Source: a virus. From it: a stretch of DNA of 64,000 nt. Where the stretch lies: the IMG/VR virus record IMGVR_UViG_3300028920_000035, positions 1-64,000 of that record. One strand, given 5' to 3'. Of this stretch, positions 26,804 to 36,541 are shown one piece after another. How positions within the stretch are numbered: the stretch's first letter is position 1; each line of letters opens with the position of its first letter. A model generated the notes under the pieces. That model was not told the DNA's origin and searched no databases. It saw nothing but the letters and a program-made list of their open reading frames with translations. Both the position numbers and the translations under genes were made by a program.

Positions 26804-27520
26804 ATGCCTGACGGTAACACCAACACCACCACCAAGAACTACATCTACCGGATGGGTACCACGCCCAACACTCGTGCGGTCGTCAGCCAGAAGAACAAGG
26901 TCTACGGCTATCTTGCCGGACAGACCGCGTTCAAGCAGATTGGCGTCGTCTCTGAGTTCGGGCATGACGAGTCGCGGGCCATCGACCCGGTGCGTGGGGT
27001 TGGCTATGGCGATCAGATCGCCGAGCTGGTGCCGGGCGTCACGGAGCCGATGACGTTGACGATCAACAAGACACTTCTCTACACCCTAAACCTGTTCCAG
27101 GCATTGGGGTACAAGGGTGGCATCGACGGTATTGTGCGGTCACTCAAACACCACCGTTGGCCGTTCGACGTCAAGCAGGAGATGGTTTTCAGTGAGGTCG
27201 CTTCTGGGGACTCTGCGGTGGTTGGAGCCCTAGGTGCCAAGCGCGCCAACGTGCAGCCGTCGGGCGGCAACTACGTGTCTGAGGTCAAGGCCCTGTTCAC
27301 CTTCTTTGAGGGCTGCTGGCTTAACAGTTACTCAGCTTCATACACGTCAGACGCGGCCATTGTTGCAGAGAACAGCTCGGTCACGGTGACCGATGTCCTC
27401 GATGCCTCGGCGGACACGAACTACGGCGAGTACATCGACACGGGCTTGAGCCCGTTCGATCGGAGCGCAGCCTCATCGATCCGCTTCACGGGTAACCTCG
27501 CGGTACCCGTTGCTACCTAA
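26804..27520 (+). CDS. Tail tube protein
   Basis: 238 aa, beta-rich; IAELVPG...PFDVKQE...FEGCWLNSYSASY....AENSSVTVTD is a myovirus tube pattern; upstream of chaperones and tape measure. Confidence 0.8.
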   Translation: MPDGNTNTTTKNYIYRMGTTPNTRAVVSQKNKVYGYLAGQTAFKQIGVVSEFGHDESRAIDPVRGVGYGDQIAELVPGVTEPMTLTINKTLLYTLNLFQALGYKGGIDGIVRSLKHHRWPFDVKQEMVFSEVASGDSAVVGALGAKRANVQPSGGNYVSEVKALFTFFEGCWLNSYSASYTSDAAIVAENSSVTVTDVLDASADTNYGEYIDTGLSPFDRSAASSIRFTGNLAVPVAT

Positions 27521-27533
27521 GCGGTAGACCCCC

Positions 27534-27579
27534 GGATCGGGGACGACCTCCACCTAGGCGGCATGGCCGTCCCCGATCT
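27534..27579 (+). other. Strong intergenic hairpin after the tail tube gene
   Basis: GGATCGGGGACG (27534-45) pairs with CGTCCCCGATCT (27568-79), with further inner pairing; no U-tract. Confidence 0.6.
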
Positions 27580-27607
27580 GCACCCCTAGATGGAGATGTA
27601 GATTAGG

Positions 27608-28777
27608 ATGGCAACACTCAAAGCAAGCAAGCTGAGGGCTTCCCTTGAGCGCGCGAAGAAAGTCGGCATTATCGAGGAGAGCATTCGCCTTGGTGATGTC
27701 GACCTTGTTTTGCGCAATCTTCAGCCCGAGGAGATGGAGCAGATCGTCGCAGAGGCCGACGATAAAGAAGGCGTCGAGTACCTGCACTGCTTCCAAATGG
27801 GGCACGTCTGCCGAGGGTTAGTCGAGATCGACGGTCAAGACCTTCGAGAGGTTGATTTCGTCGAGATCGAGATCGATCAAGGAGAGGGGGAACCAGAAAT
27901 TCGTATCGTCGAACGATATGAGTTCGTTCGAGACGAGCTGTTGAAGACGTGGGGGCGCGAGGCTATCGCCGTGGGGTTTCGCAAGGTCAGTGAACTGTTC
28001 CTCAAGGCTGACTTCAAGATGAAGTCTGGCGTAAAGTTCGATTATGCCGAGGAGACCCCCGAGGACAGGTACCGCCGGCTCTTGGACGAGGCCAAGGAGG
28101 CAGAGGGCCAGATCCAGGATGATGAGCTGAAGAATTCGATCTTGAGTGAGCATGGCTATTTGCCGGCGACGACACCTGAGGAGCGTGAGGCCATCAAGCG
28201 GCGTGCGGATGAGTTCGCTCAAGAGCGTGTCGAGCAGGCCCGAGCCCGGGAAGCAGAGGCCGTTCCTGAGCCCCAGGGAGCGCCGGTTGCTTCACCCCCA
28301 GCCCTGCCCCCACAAGTGCCCAGCCCGGCTTCTGATGCCCCTCAGGCCGTTCCACAACCCCCTCAGGACCTCATGGCAAACCGGCGCCCCTTGAACCGGG
28401 ACGCCATTGACCCTCCGGTCCCTCAGCAGCCCGTCACCCGAGCAGTCCGCCCCCAGCGTCCCCCAGCGTCCCGCTCGCTCCCACCCAACGTTCCTGCCCA
28501 GCCTCCGCAGGTCCTATCTCAGGAGGGGCAGCCGGGCCCGGGCTTCGTGGCGACTCGCAGAGCTCAGATTCAGGCCGAGATGTTAGCCATGGAGGAGCTG
28601 GACCCAGAGATGGCAGCCGAGTTGGAGCAAGCGCGGACCCAGGCGGCCTCGCGCTCCCGAGACCAGATCCCCGAGTTGGCTCGTAGGGCTCCTCAGATGG
28701 ACCCTACGGAGACCGTCCAGATCCTCGACCGCAAGCCTCAGGGAGGCATCAACCCTCGCTACAACCCACCTAGATGA
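27608..28777 (+). CDS. Putative tail assembly chaperone with Pro/Gln-rich disordered C-terminus
   Basis: 389 aa; between tube and tape measure; LVLRNL..EE..I...GLVEIDG pattern. Confidence 0.6.
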   Translation: MATLKASKLRASLERAKKVGIIEESIRLGDVDLVLRNLQPEEMEQIVAEADDKEGVEYLHCFQMGHVCRGLVEIDGQDLREVDFVEIEIDQGEGEPEIRIVERYEFVRDELLKTWGREAIAVGFRKVSELFLKADFKMKSGVKFDYAEETPEDRYRRLLDEAKEAEGQIQDDELKNSILSEHGYLPATTPEEREAIKRRADEFAQERVEQARAREAEAVPEPQGAPVASPPALPPQVPSPASDAPQAVPQPPQDLMANRRPLNRDAIDPPVPQQPVTRAVRPQRPPASRSLPPNVPAQPPQVLSQEGQPGPGFVATRRAQIQAEMLAMEELDPEMAAELEQARTQAASRSRDQIPELARRAPQMDPTETVQILDRKPQGGINPRYNPPR

Positions 28778-30072
28778 ACACTTCAGCCGATGACTCGCGC
28801 TATGTCGAAGAGCAACAGCGGCTGAAGGATCAGCTCGAAGGTGGGACGGCTTACGATGAAGACGGCCAGATCGTCGAGGTAGATCCCGAGGTTAATCCGG
28901 AGGTCTATCGTGACTGTGAACCCTTGCTTTTCAAAGGATTCGTCTACCAAGGGGCGACTATCAATGAAGTCCCCTTTGTTTTCAAGAGCCTCAACCACCA
29001 CGAGTTCGAGTTGATCCGGTTGATGGCAGGCGGCTTGAGGGGCATCAGGGGGACAAAACGGTTCTATGACCTTTTCTTGGCCTACGGAGTGCTCGTCATC
29101 GATGGACAGTTCGTACTCCCCGAGCGAGATCGGTTCATGGGGGAGGTCGCGGACTTCTTCGGGGACCTTCCTGAGGCTGGCCGGCAGAAGGTAATTCGGA
29201 ATCTGAGCGAGTTGAATCGACGGGCTGCCGTGGCGGTGATTCTCAGTGAGGCCTACGCGACAGAGGCGTACTCCAGGCATCGTTGGAACCAGCTCAAGAG
29301 CATCGACTTGACGCAGCCCGCAGTGACTGGATTTGCGGGTACAGACCGCCTAGGCCTCAACTGGGGGCAGCTCGCGTGGATTGCGTTCAACCGGTATGAA
29401 GACGCCAAGTTCGAGATGGAAGCTGCCTGGGAGAACGCCAAGTTCGTTGCGGGTGCCTTCGCGGGCAAGGGTATCAACTCGGTGCATGCTTCAGACCGCA
29501 ACCGTCGCAAGGATGAGCGGGTCGACCGTCGAGAACGAAAGGACCGGATTCTCCGTCACGCCATCTATGGGGACAGTCTCGACTCCAAAAGTGGGGTTCA
29601 CGGTAGGATGGTGGTCGCGCGCACGGTCGAGGAACTGGCAGACCAGCTGGAGCGAGACCTGAAAGGGGAGCAGGACTGGCACGACCGTGTGGTTCATGAG
29701 TACGAGCAGCGACAACAGAATCAGTACGAGGCACGTCAGGCTCAGCTCCAACGATTCCAGGAGGACTACGACCAGAAGTATGGGACTTCACGGGTGAGTG
29801 GTGGAGTTGGGGAGGAGTTGACGGGGTTGACCGCCGCCGAGGTGAGTGAGCGCATTTCTCGACGTCGACAGTTGATGGCTCAGAACGTGGCCGCACGCAT
29901 GGTCTACCCGGAGGCATTGGACGATCGACAACAGAATTTCTCCCAGAAATGGCATGAGGACCGGGTGCCCATGGACCATCAACCAGTCCAGACCGTTGAC
30001 CGGGCTGACCCTACGGCGTTGCCAGCGGTCACCAAGAAACCTTCGTTTGGACGGCCTTTTAGGAGAGGCTAG
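28774..30072 (+). CDS. Putative second tail assembly chaperone
   Basis: 432 aa; FVFKSL..HE..LI...GVLVIDG parallels the previous gene; immediately before the tape measure. Confidence 0.55.
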   Translation: MNTSADDSRYVEEQQRLKDQLEGGTAYDEDGQIVEVDPEVNPEVYRDCEPLLFKGFVYQGATINEVPFVFKSLNHHEFELIRLMAGGLRGIRGTKRFYDLFLAYGVLVIDGQFVLPERDRFMGEVADFFGDLPEAGRQKVIRNLSELNRRAAVAVILSEAYATEAYSRHRWNQLKSIDLTQPAVTGFAGTDRLGLNWGQLAWIAFNRYEDAKFEMEAAWENAKFVAGAFAGKGINSVHASDRNRRKDERVDRRERKDRILRHAIYGDSLDSKSGVHGRMVVARTVEELADQLERDLKGEQDWHDRVVHEYEQRQQNQYEARQAQLQRFQEDYDQKYGTSRVSGGVGEELTGLTAAEVSERISRRRQLMAQNVAARMVYPEALDDRQQNFSQKWHEDRVPMDHQPVQTVDRADPTALPAVTKKPSFGRPFRRG

Positions 30073-30074
30073 TC

Positions 30075-33000
30075 ATGGCGAATACCATCGAGGAAATCCT
30101 GCGGGTCGGGTTCGAGGTCGACACCCGGGGAGCGATGCGCTCGATGGCGAAGTTCCGCCAGCAGGTGAACCAGCAGGTTCAGCGGATGGTGCAGGCGACC
30201 AACAATATCGGTCGGGCCAATGCCAAGATGAACCAGCAAGCGGCCCGCAGCGTTTCCGATTGGCAGGCCCAGTACGACGATCTTGCTGATGCTCAGGACG
30301 CGTACGCCCGCAGTGCGGTGGATGCCGCGCGTCGGGTTGGCAAGGCGGAGGAACGCACGGCGAAGATGGTTCACGAGCAGACGAAGCTGCTCAAGCAACA
30401 AGTAGCCGAACGCCGTAAGTCTATGAAGGCGGGTGCCCGTGGTGGTGCTGCGGTGGGTGATCCCCGTACGGCGAAGAAGGCCGGTAAGTCTTTTGGCGCT
30501 GAGATCGATGAAGCCTTTTCCCGGGGGGGTAAGATGTCCTCCCGCCAAATGCGCAAGGAAACATCCAAGGCAGGTAAGCAGGCCATTAAGGACACGCTGG
30601 CTGGTGGTGGTCGACGGAGTTTGGGCGGCATGGGCGGCATGGGCGGCGGCAAGGACATGAAGATGCCGGACCTGAGCGGCTTGAAGGGTCTTGGTGGTCT
30701 GATGAAGACACTGGGCCCCCTCGTCGGGACTCTGGCCAAGATTGGCCCCGTGCTGGGAACGATCTCTACGGCTGTTGTCGGCCTCATCAAGCTGATGATT
30801 GACGCCGAAGCACAGGCCAAGGAGTTCCAGAAGTCGATCCTCGACTCTGCGAGCAACGCTGAGTTTCTGGCGGCCAATGCCCGCGATGCCGACGCCGCAT
30901 TCTACGACATGGCCGAGACCGTACGGGCGGTGCGCAATGCTGCCTTTGACTTCAATGCTCTCATGGTCGAGGGCCTGGATACCCAGGACTTTCAGGGTAC
31001 CGTCAACGCGCTCAACCAAGAGGGTATCACCTTCAAGAAGATCGGCGAGCTGGCTTACAATCGACGGAAGGAAGGGGAAAACTATCACGATACGGTCAAG
31101 CGTACGACCATCGAGATCACCAAGATGGGGGTAGCCTACTCGAAAGCACTGGGTGTTCCCCTTCAGGAGATCAATCAGCTTCAAGCCGAGATGATGACTG
31201 AGATGGGGCAGAGCCTCGATGAGACCCGGTTGTCGTTCGCGCAGATGACCCGCGCCGCCACGGAATCGACCATCGCGTCCAACAAGTTCTTCGCGATGAT
31301 CCGTGGTGTTTCCCAGGACCTTTCCCTCTACAACACGCGCATCGGGAGCGCGGCCAAGCTACTTTCCAAGCTTGGCAAGGCAATGAGCCCCCGCAACGCC
31401 CAGAAGTTTCTCCAGACGGCAACCCAAGGGTTGAAAACGATGGACCAGGACGCTCGGTTGCGGCTCAATCTGCTGACGGGTAACAAGGGTCAGCAGATTG
31501 TTACGGATGATCTGAACCGCAAGACCGACTTGATGTCGAAAGACATCCTGGCCGCGTTTGCAGAAGGGTCAGGTGTTGTCAAGGAACGTTGGGGGGGTAA
31601 GCAGGTTGACGAGATCAAGGCGATCTTGGAAGCCGGCGGTGAGGGCCGTGCCCGTCTTCTTCGAGACCTGGAGGACATGGGTAAGGGGTCTTTGGTGGAG
31701 GCGGCCGACGAGATCAAGATGGATCGGGCCGCCGCGAAGAAAGGTCAGTACGGCGTTGCCACCGCGATGGGTAACTTGAGCGCAGGTGCCGCGCTCGACA
31801 TGAAGAAAGCGGGGCTGATGAGCTTGTCGGGCGGCGCTGCTCGGAGCATCTCCGATGCCATTGGTGAGTTGGGGTTTGAGAAGACCGCTCAGATGCTGGG
31901 GATCGGGGAGGACGAGGTGCGTGGTATGGCCAAGCTGGAGATGAGCTTGGAGCGCCAACGCGAGATCTTGAAGGCTGACTTGTCGAGCAACGACGAGTCG
32001 CGCAAGGCACAAGCAGAAGCGGCTTTGGAGCAGGCTGGATTGACGAAGGAGAAGCTGGATACTGCGTCGTTCGGTAGTTTGATGGAGACCCTTTCGAGCG
32101 AGGAACGCAAGCAGCTGGAAGATGACGCCTCGACCCAAGAGCAGCTGGCTGCCAAGCAAAAGCAGCTTACTGAGTCGATGCTCCAAAAGCTCGAAAAGTT
32201 GATGAACTTCATCATGAACCAGGTCTACGAGGTGATGCTCAGCATTTATGAGGCCGTAGCGGGGATTTGGGGGAAGAGTCAGGAGGCATCCAACAAGATC
32301 GCTCGAATGCGCGCCGGTAAAGAGGTCGGCGGTGAGGTCGGGACTCTCGCAGGGGAGCAGGATTTCGCGAAGGCATTGGCGGGGTCCAAGACTAACCAAG
32401 CCATGCTCCAAGCCATGCGTGATATCGACCGTGCTATCGAGCTGCGGAACAAAGACAAGCTGACCGAGAAGGAGCAAAAGGAGCTCAAGTCTTTAGAAGG
32501 GGTCGAGGCCCGCAGTGGCGAGTTAATGAAGATGCGATCTGAGATGATGAAGGCTGTGGGTCCTCAGGCGGTCCTTGATGCGGCCAAGATGTCGGGTATG
32601 GGGGAGAAGGGTCTTGCCCTCCTCCAGAAGAAGATGGACTTGGGGGTGAGTGCAGACGAAGCGATCAATCAGATGTACGCCGATGATGACAAGCGGCGAC
32701 AGGTCAAAGAAGGGATCACGTCGAAGCTGGCGTGGACCGAAAGCACTGGCGAGTTGGTGACACAGTTCGGCAAGATTGAGAAGCTCATGTCCGAGCTGGG
32801 GTACATGAAGGGAGGTCCCGCTCCGACGGCGGCCAAGGGCGAAGAGAAGGGGAAAGGGAAGGCCGATGCCCAGCAGAAGGCCAGCGCTAAGGCCGGTGGC
32901 CCCTCAGCGCCTTCCATGCCCGCTGAGAAGAAGGTTGAAGCCCCTGCGACTCCCGTGGCTCCTGTGGCCCCCCAGCCACAGGAGCGTCGTCCAGGCGCGG

Positions 33001-33647
33001 CGGCGGGCGAAGCAGCTCTCACTGGTCGGTCCAAGGAAGTCCCTGCCACTGCTAAGGGGCAAGGCACTTTACACGAGGACATGGCGAGCTTGGAGAAGCA
33101 GCTTGGTCAGAAGGGTATCCGCTACGAGAAGGGTTTTCTCCGCAGTGATTTTGGCAAGCAGGTCGAAGACAGTGTGCTCGATGCCATGCGTGTTGCCCTG
33201 ATGGAATATGCCCTCTACAAGGACACAGCCTCTACTGACCTCGCTGGGATGCTCAAGGGTATTGACCCCAAGGCATTCAGCCGAGGGCTCATGGATGAGG
33301 TTAAGGCTAAGGGTGTTCTCCCCAAGGAGTTCGGCGGGGGAGGAGAAAAGGGCAAAAAAGGCGGGGCCCAGCAGAAGGGTGGCTACATCGTCGGTACAAA
33401 TCCTGATGGGTCGGCGCGTGTGCTCACTCCGCCCGCGGGTGAGGTCCCCATCTACGCGGCCCCTGGAGAGGCTGTGCTCAATTCGAAACAGCAGCGCGCT
33501 GTAGCCGGCGGTCAACGTGGGGGCGGGGGTGATTTACATCTGCACGTTCAGGTCAATGGGGTCGGCGGCCAAGACCTGGCAGCCTATGTCGAGAAAGCGG
33601 CTTCCAACGCTGTCTACGAGTACAAGCGCCGGGAGGGATTGACCTGA
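30075..33647 (+). CDS. Tape measure protein
   Basis: 1190 aa, Ala/Lys/Met/Glu-rich all-helical; C-terminal QKGGYI...APGEAVL...LHVQVNG; canonical position. Confidence 0.8.
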   Translation: MANTIEEILRVGFEVDTRGAMRSMAKFRQQVNQQVQRMVQATNNIGRANAKMNQQAARSVSDWQAQYDDLADAQDAYARSAVDAARRVGKAEERTAKMVHEQTKLLKQQVAERRKSMKAGARGGAAVGDPRTAKKAGKSFGAEIDEAFSRGGKMSSRQMRKETSKAGKQAIKDTLAGGGRRSLGGMGGMGGGKDMKMPDLSGLKGLGGLMKTLGPLVGTLAKIGPVLGTISTAVVGLIKLMIDAEAQAKEFQKSILDSASNAEFLAANARDADAAFYDMAETVRAVRNAAFDFNALMVEGLDTQDFQGTVNALNQEGITFKKIGELAYNRRKEGENYHDTVKRTTIEITKMGVAYSKALGVPLQEINQLQAEMMTEMGQSLDETRLSFAQMTRAATESTIASNKFFAMIRGVSQDLSLYNTRIGSAAKLLSKLGKAMSPRNAQKFLQTATQGLKTMDQDARLRLNLLTGNKGQQIVTDDLNRKTDLMSKDILAAFAEGSGVVKERWGGKQVDEIKAILEAGGEGRARLLRDLEDMGKGSLVEAADEIKMDRAAAKKGQYGVATAMGNLSAGAALDMKKAGLMSLSGGAARSISDAIGELGFEKTAQMLGIGEDEVRGMAKLEMSLERQREILKADLSSNDESRKAQAEAALEQAGLTKEKLDTASFGSLMETLSSEERKQLEDDASTQEQLAAKQKQLTESMLQKLEKLMNFIMNQVYEVMLSIYEAVAGIWGKSQEASNKIARMRAGKEVGGEVGTLAGEQDFAKALAGSKTNQAMLQAMRDIDRAIELRNKDKLTEKEQKELKSLEGVEARSGELMKMRSEMMKAVGPQAVLDAAKMSGMGEKGLALLQKKMDLGVSADEAINQMYADDDKRRQVKEGITSKLAWTESTGELVTQFGKIEKLMSELGYMKGGPAPTAAKGEEKGKGKADAQQKASAKAGGPSAPSMPAEKKVEAPATPVAPVAPQPQERRPGAAAGEAALTGRSKEVPATAKGQGTLHEDMASLEKQLGQKGIRYEKGFLRSDFGKQVEDSVLDAMRVALMEYALYKDTASTDLAGMLKGIDPKAFSRGLMDEVKAKGVLPKEFGGGGEKGKKGGAQQKGGYIVGTNPDGSARVLTPPAGEVPIYAAPGEAVLNSKQQRAVAGGQRGGGGDLHLHVQVNGVGGQDLAAYVEKAASNAVYEYKRREGLT

Positions 33648-33650
33648 TAG

Positions 33651-34532
33651 ATGCCCTACATCAAGTCACCCAATCCGGACTTTCAACGGAACGACGACAA
33701 CGACCCGCGGTACGCCCACCCCGCGGAGAGTCGTTCGACGCGCCCCATTCCTATGGCGTTCCAGATCACGAGCCCCGTCAATAGACGCAAGGTGCTCTTG
33801 CCCCACTCGCTCGTGCTGCATGTCAATCCGATGAGTCTAAATGAGACCCACACCCAGAAGATTGAACGGTTCCAGACCCGCGGGGGCTGGGTTGAGCAGC
33901 ACTGGGGTCACGACCTGACCGAAGTCAGCGCCGACGCCACGACAGGCGCTTTCATGAACGTCTACACGGGGACCGCCAGCGTGATGCGGCAACGCACCAT
34001 TGCGTGGGACCGGTTTCGCGACTTGCTCGACCTCTACCACAACAATGGTAGCCTCCGAGACCCGTTCGGTAACATCGTGCTGCAAGGCTACGTCCAGCTC
34101 ATGTTTGATCGAGGTACCCACCTGGGCTCGTTCCGGTCGTTTGAGGTCACGGAGACCGCCGACTCCCCTTTCGCATTCCAGCTTTCGTGGAGTTTCAAGA
34201 TCGAGCGCACCTTGCTCAAGGCCGTCCCCTCTATACGAGGCATTGCCGGGGACAACCCCTTCAGCCGTGTCCGACGGCCCAACCCCACCACGGTTGAAGC
34301 TCGGATCAGCGAAGAGCAGAAGCTTCTGGAGCAGTCTAAGAGTCCGTCCCTCATTACGCCTGAGGAAGCCCAAGCTCGTCTTGAACAACTGGAGGAGCAG
34401 AACGCTATTCTGGAGGATTCCGCTCGGCGACAGAATGAGCAACGAATCGCTGAAGAGAATGCTCAGCGTCGTTCCGACGCCGCGGAGTATGGGGTCGATG
34501 TCAACAAACTCTTCCCCTCAGGAGGTAGCTGA
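33651..34532 (+). CDS. Baseplate tube-initiator-like protein (paralog A)
   Basis: 293 aa; HVNPMSL...VEQHWG...GSFRSFEVTETADSPF..SWSFKI is a tube-like fold; follows the tape measure. Confidence 0.6.
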   Translation: MPYIKSPNPDFQRNDDNDPRYAHPAESRSTRPIPMAFQITSPVNRRKVLLPHSLVLHVNPMSLNETHTQKIERFQTRGGWVEQHWGHDLTEVSADATTGAFMNVYTGTASVMRQRTIAWDRFRDLLDLYHNNGSLRDPFGNIVLQGYVQLMFDRGTHLGSFRSFEVTETADSPFAFQLSWSFKIERTLLKAVPSIRGIAGDNPFSRVRRPNPTTVEARISEEQKLLEQSKSPSLITPEEAQARLEQLEEQNAILEDSARRQNEQRIAEENAQRRSDAAEYGVDVNKLFPSGGS

Positions 34533-36538
34533 TGGCCCGACGACTGCTCCGAGACATCGAGGCAAACGCCCAGCACCTGACCAGCGGTGACATCGCTCAG
34601 CTGTTGACCTTCTACTCGGACCTGACCCTTGAAACGGACAGCCTCGGAGGTCAATACATCCCGCTCACGGCGGCCAAGACCTACACCCCCAAGCTGTTCG
34701 CGGTTGGTATCATCCCACCTCAGGTGGCCGTCACTGGACGTGCCCTGGACCGCTCGGCAAGTGTCGCTTCTCAGGGTGACCCTCTACCCGTGCTCCCCAA
34801 CTCGTCGGGCGGGCCCACCCTCAACATCGACGGTTCCATTGCGGACGCCACGGTTGATGGGGGTACGACGACTGGGACCCAGGAGTTCGACCCTACCAAG
34901 AATCGCATCAACACCAAAGCCTGGCAGTCGCACCCCGATTCGTTCTGGATCGATTTCGTCAGCATGGCCGAGCGCCAGGGGACAGACCCCATGGAACTGG
35001 CAGCCGTTCTCTGGAATGAGTCCAACTTCGATCCCGGCGCCTACAACGCCTCAGGGCGCGCGAAGGGACTCATCCAGCTTGTCCCGGTATCAGCCTTCTC
35101 CAAGCGGGTGGGGATGGACCGTGAAACCTGGGAGGGGTACCAGGACCTTTCAGCTGAGGACCAGCTCGTCTACGTCGAGAGGTATCTCAACGGGCAGATC
35201 AGAGGCAAGGACCGTGGGCAGATCTACCGGGTTATTTTCGGGGGCTTCAACAACCCCGACGGCTCACTGTATGCCAGCGCCGAGTACCAGAAGCAGTTCA
35301 GTGTCGAGTTTCCACGGGCTGAGTACCAAGCGACGGCCTACAAGATCAACGCTCCCTTGGACAAAGACAAGGACGGGACCATCACGGTCGCGGACCTTCG
35401 TGCCAAGGTAGAAAACCTTCCACCCTTTGGTGTCCGCGCGAAGATTGAACAGGCTGAGAACTCGGGTATTCGGTCCGGTCGCCGAACGGGCACTGAGGGT
35501 GACGCCGCGACGGAAGACACAAGCGTTTGGGCTACCGATGGGTCAGCCCTCAACGATGACCTGCGCCGACAGTTCGATGCCATCGCGGGGACGGGCTACA
35601 ACGCCACCGAGTTTGGGCAGAAGCTCCAGCTCGCTCAGAGGAAGCAGATCGAGGGCCTACAAGCCCAGATCGAAAAGATGAAGAAGCTACCTCCGTTGAA
35701 GATGCTGGTGAATCCCAACAGCTTTGCGGTGGCACACACGAAGGTCGTGGCCGACGCCAACTGGTCCCGCACCGGCCCCATCGTCGAGCACTGGGGTGAG
35801 GAGCAGGATGCCATCAGTGCGTCGGGGCAGCTCGCTGGCTTCTACGCGGTCGATGGTGTCAGCGGCAACGGGGGTCCAGGGCTCACCCGTATGGCTCGTC
35901 AGTTCAGTCAATCGTATCAGAACTTCATGGCGCTCTACCTCCTGTACCGGAGCAACGCTGGTGTCTACATGGAGGACCAGACGGGCGTCACGCCTTCCGA
36001 GAAGCGTGTCAACCTGGCCCTCCTGGGCAGCGTCTACATCTTCTACGACAACATCTTGTACATTGGGTCATTCGAGAACTTCAACATCACGGAAACTGAC
36101 GAGAAGCCTTTCACCTTGGAGTACAACTTCAGCTTCAGGGTTCGCGCATCGTTCCTGCTCGACGAGCCCACCGACCAGCGCTTCACCTATGGCGCTCCAG
36201 GACTCTTCGTCAACGAAGCGACACCAACGCTCCCGTCTCAACAACGGGTAGATGCCTTGGAGGGAGACCTCGAAGAGCTACAACGCCTACGCGAGGAGCA
36301 AATCGTCGCCAACAACGTTGAGCTGTTTGGGAGCGAAGAAGCCACCACTCGATACCTCGAATTGGAAATGAAGGATGCCATCACCAGCTCGCCCAAGACT
36401 CCTGGGAACGAGGCAGGTGCCGAGGCAGAACGCAAGGCTCGTGAGCAACGTCGTGCTCGCGCTCAGCAGAAGTTCATCAACGGGGAGTACTCGCTTGGAC
36501 AGCGAGACAGCATCTATGCCGCTAACCCACTGGATTGA
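34532..36538 (+). CDS. Tail-associated lytic transglycosylase fused to tube-initiator-like domain (paralog B)
   Basis: 668 aa; ELAAVLWNESNFDPGAYN...AKGLIQL is the SLT/lysozyme-like ES...GLxQ motif; C-half LVNPNSF...VEHWG...GSFENFNITETDEKPF is paralogous to the previous gene. Confidence 0.8.
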   Translation: MARRLLRDIEANAQHLTSGDIAQLLTFYSDLTLETDSLGGQYIPLTAAKTYTPKLFAVGIIPPQVAVTGRALDRSASVASQGDPLPVLPNSSGGPTLNIDGSIADATVDGGTTTGTQEFDPTKNRINTKAWQSHPDSFWIDFVSMAERQGTDPMELAAVLWNESNFDPGAYNASGRAKGLIQLVPVSAFSKRVGMDRETWEGYQDLSAEDQLVYVERYLNGQIRGKDRGQIYRVIFGGFNNPDGSLYASAEYQKQFSVEFPRAEYQATAYKINAPLDKDKDGTITVADLRAKVENLPPFGVRAKIEQAENSGIRSGRRTGTEGDAATEDTSVWATDGSALNDDLRRQFDAIAGTGYNATEFGQKLQLAQRKQIEGLQAQIEKMKKLPPLKMLVNPNSFAVAHTKVVADANWSRTGPIVEHWGEEQDAISASGQLAGFYAVDGVSGNGGPGLTRMARQFSQSYQNFMALYLLYRSNAGVYMEDQTGVTPSEKRVNLALLGSVYIFYDNILYIGSFENFNITETDEKPFTLEYNFSFRVRASFLLDEPTDQRFTYGAPGLFVNEATPTLPSQQRVDALEGDLEELQRLREEQIVANNVELFGSEEATTRYLELEMKDAITSSPKTPGNEAGAEAERKAREQRRARAQQKFINGEYSLGQRDSIYAANPLD

Positions 36539-36541
36539 CCC

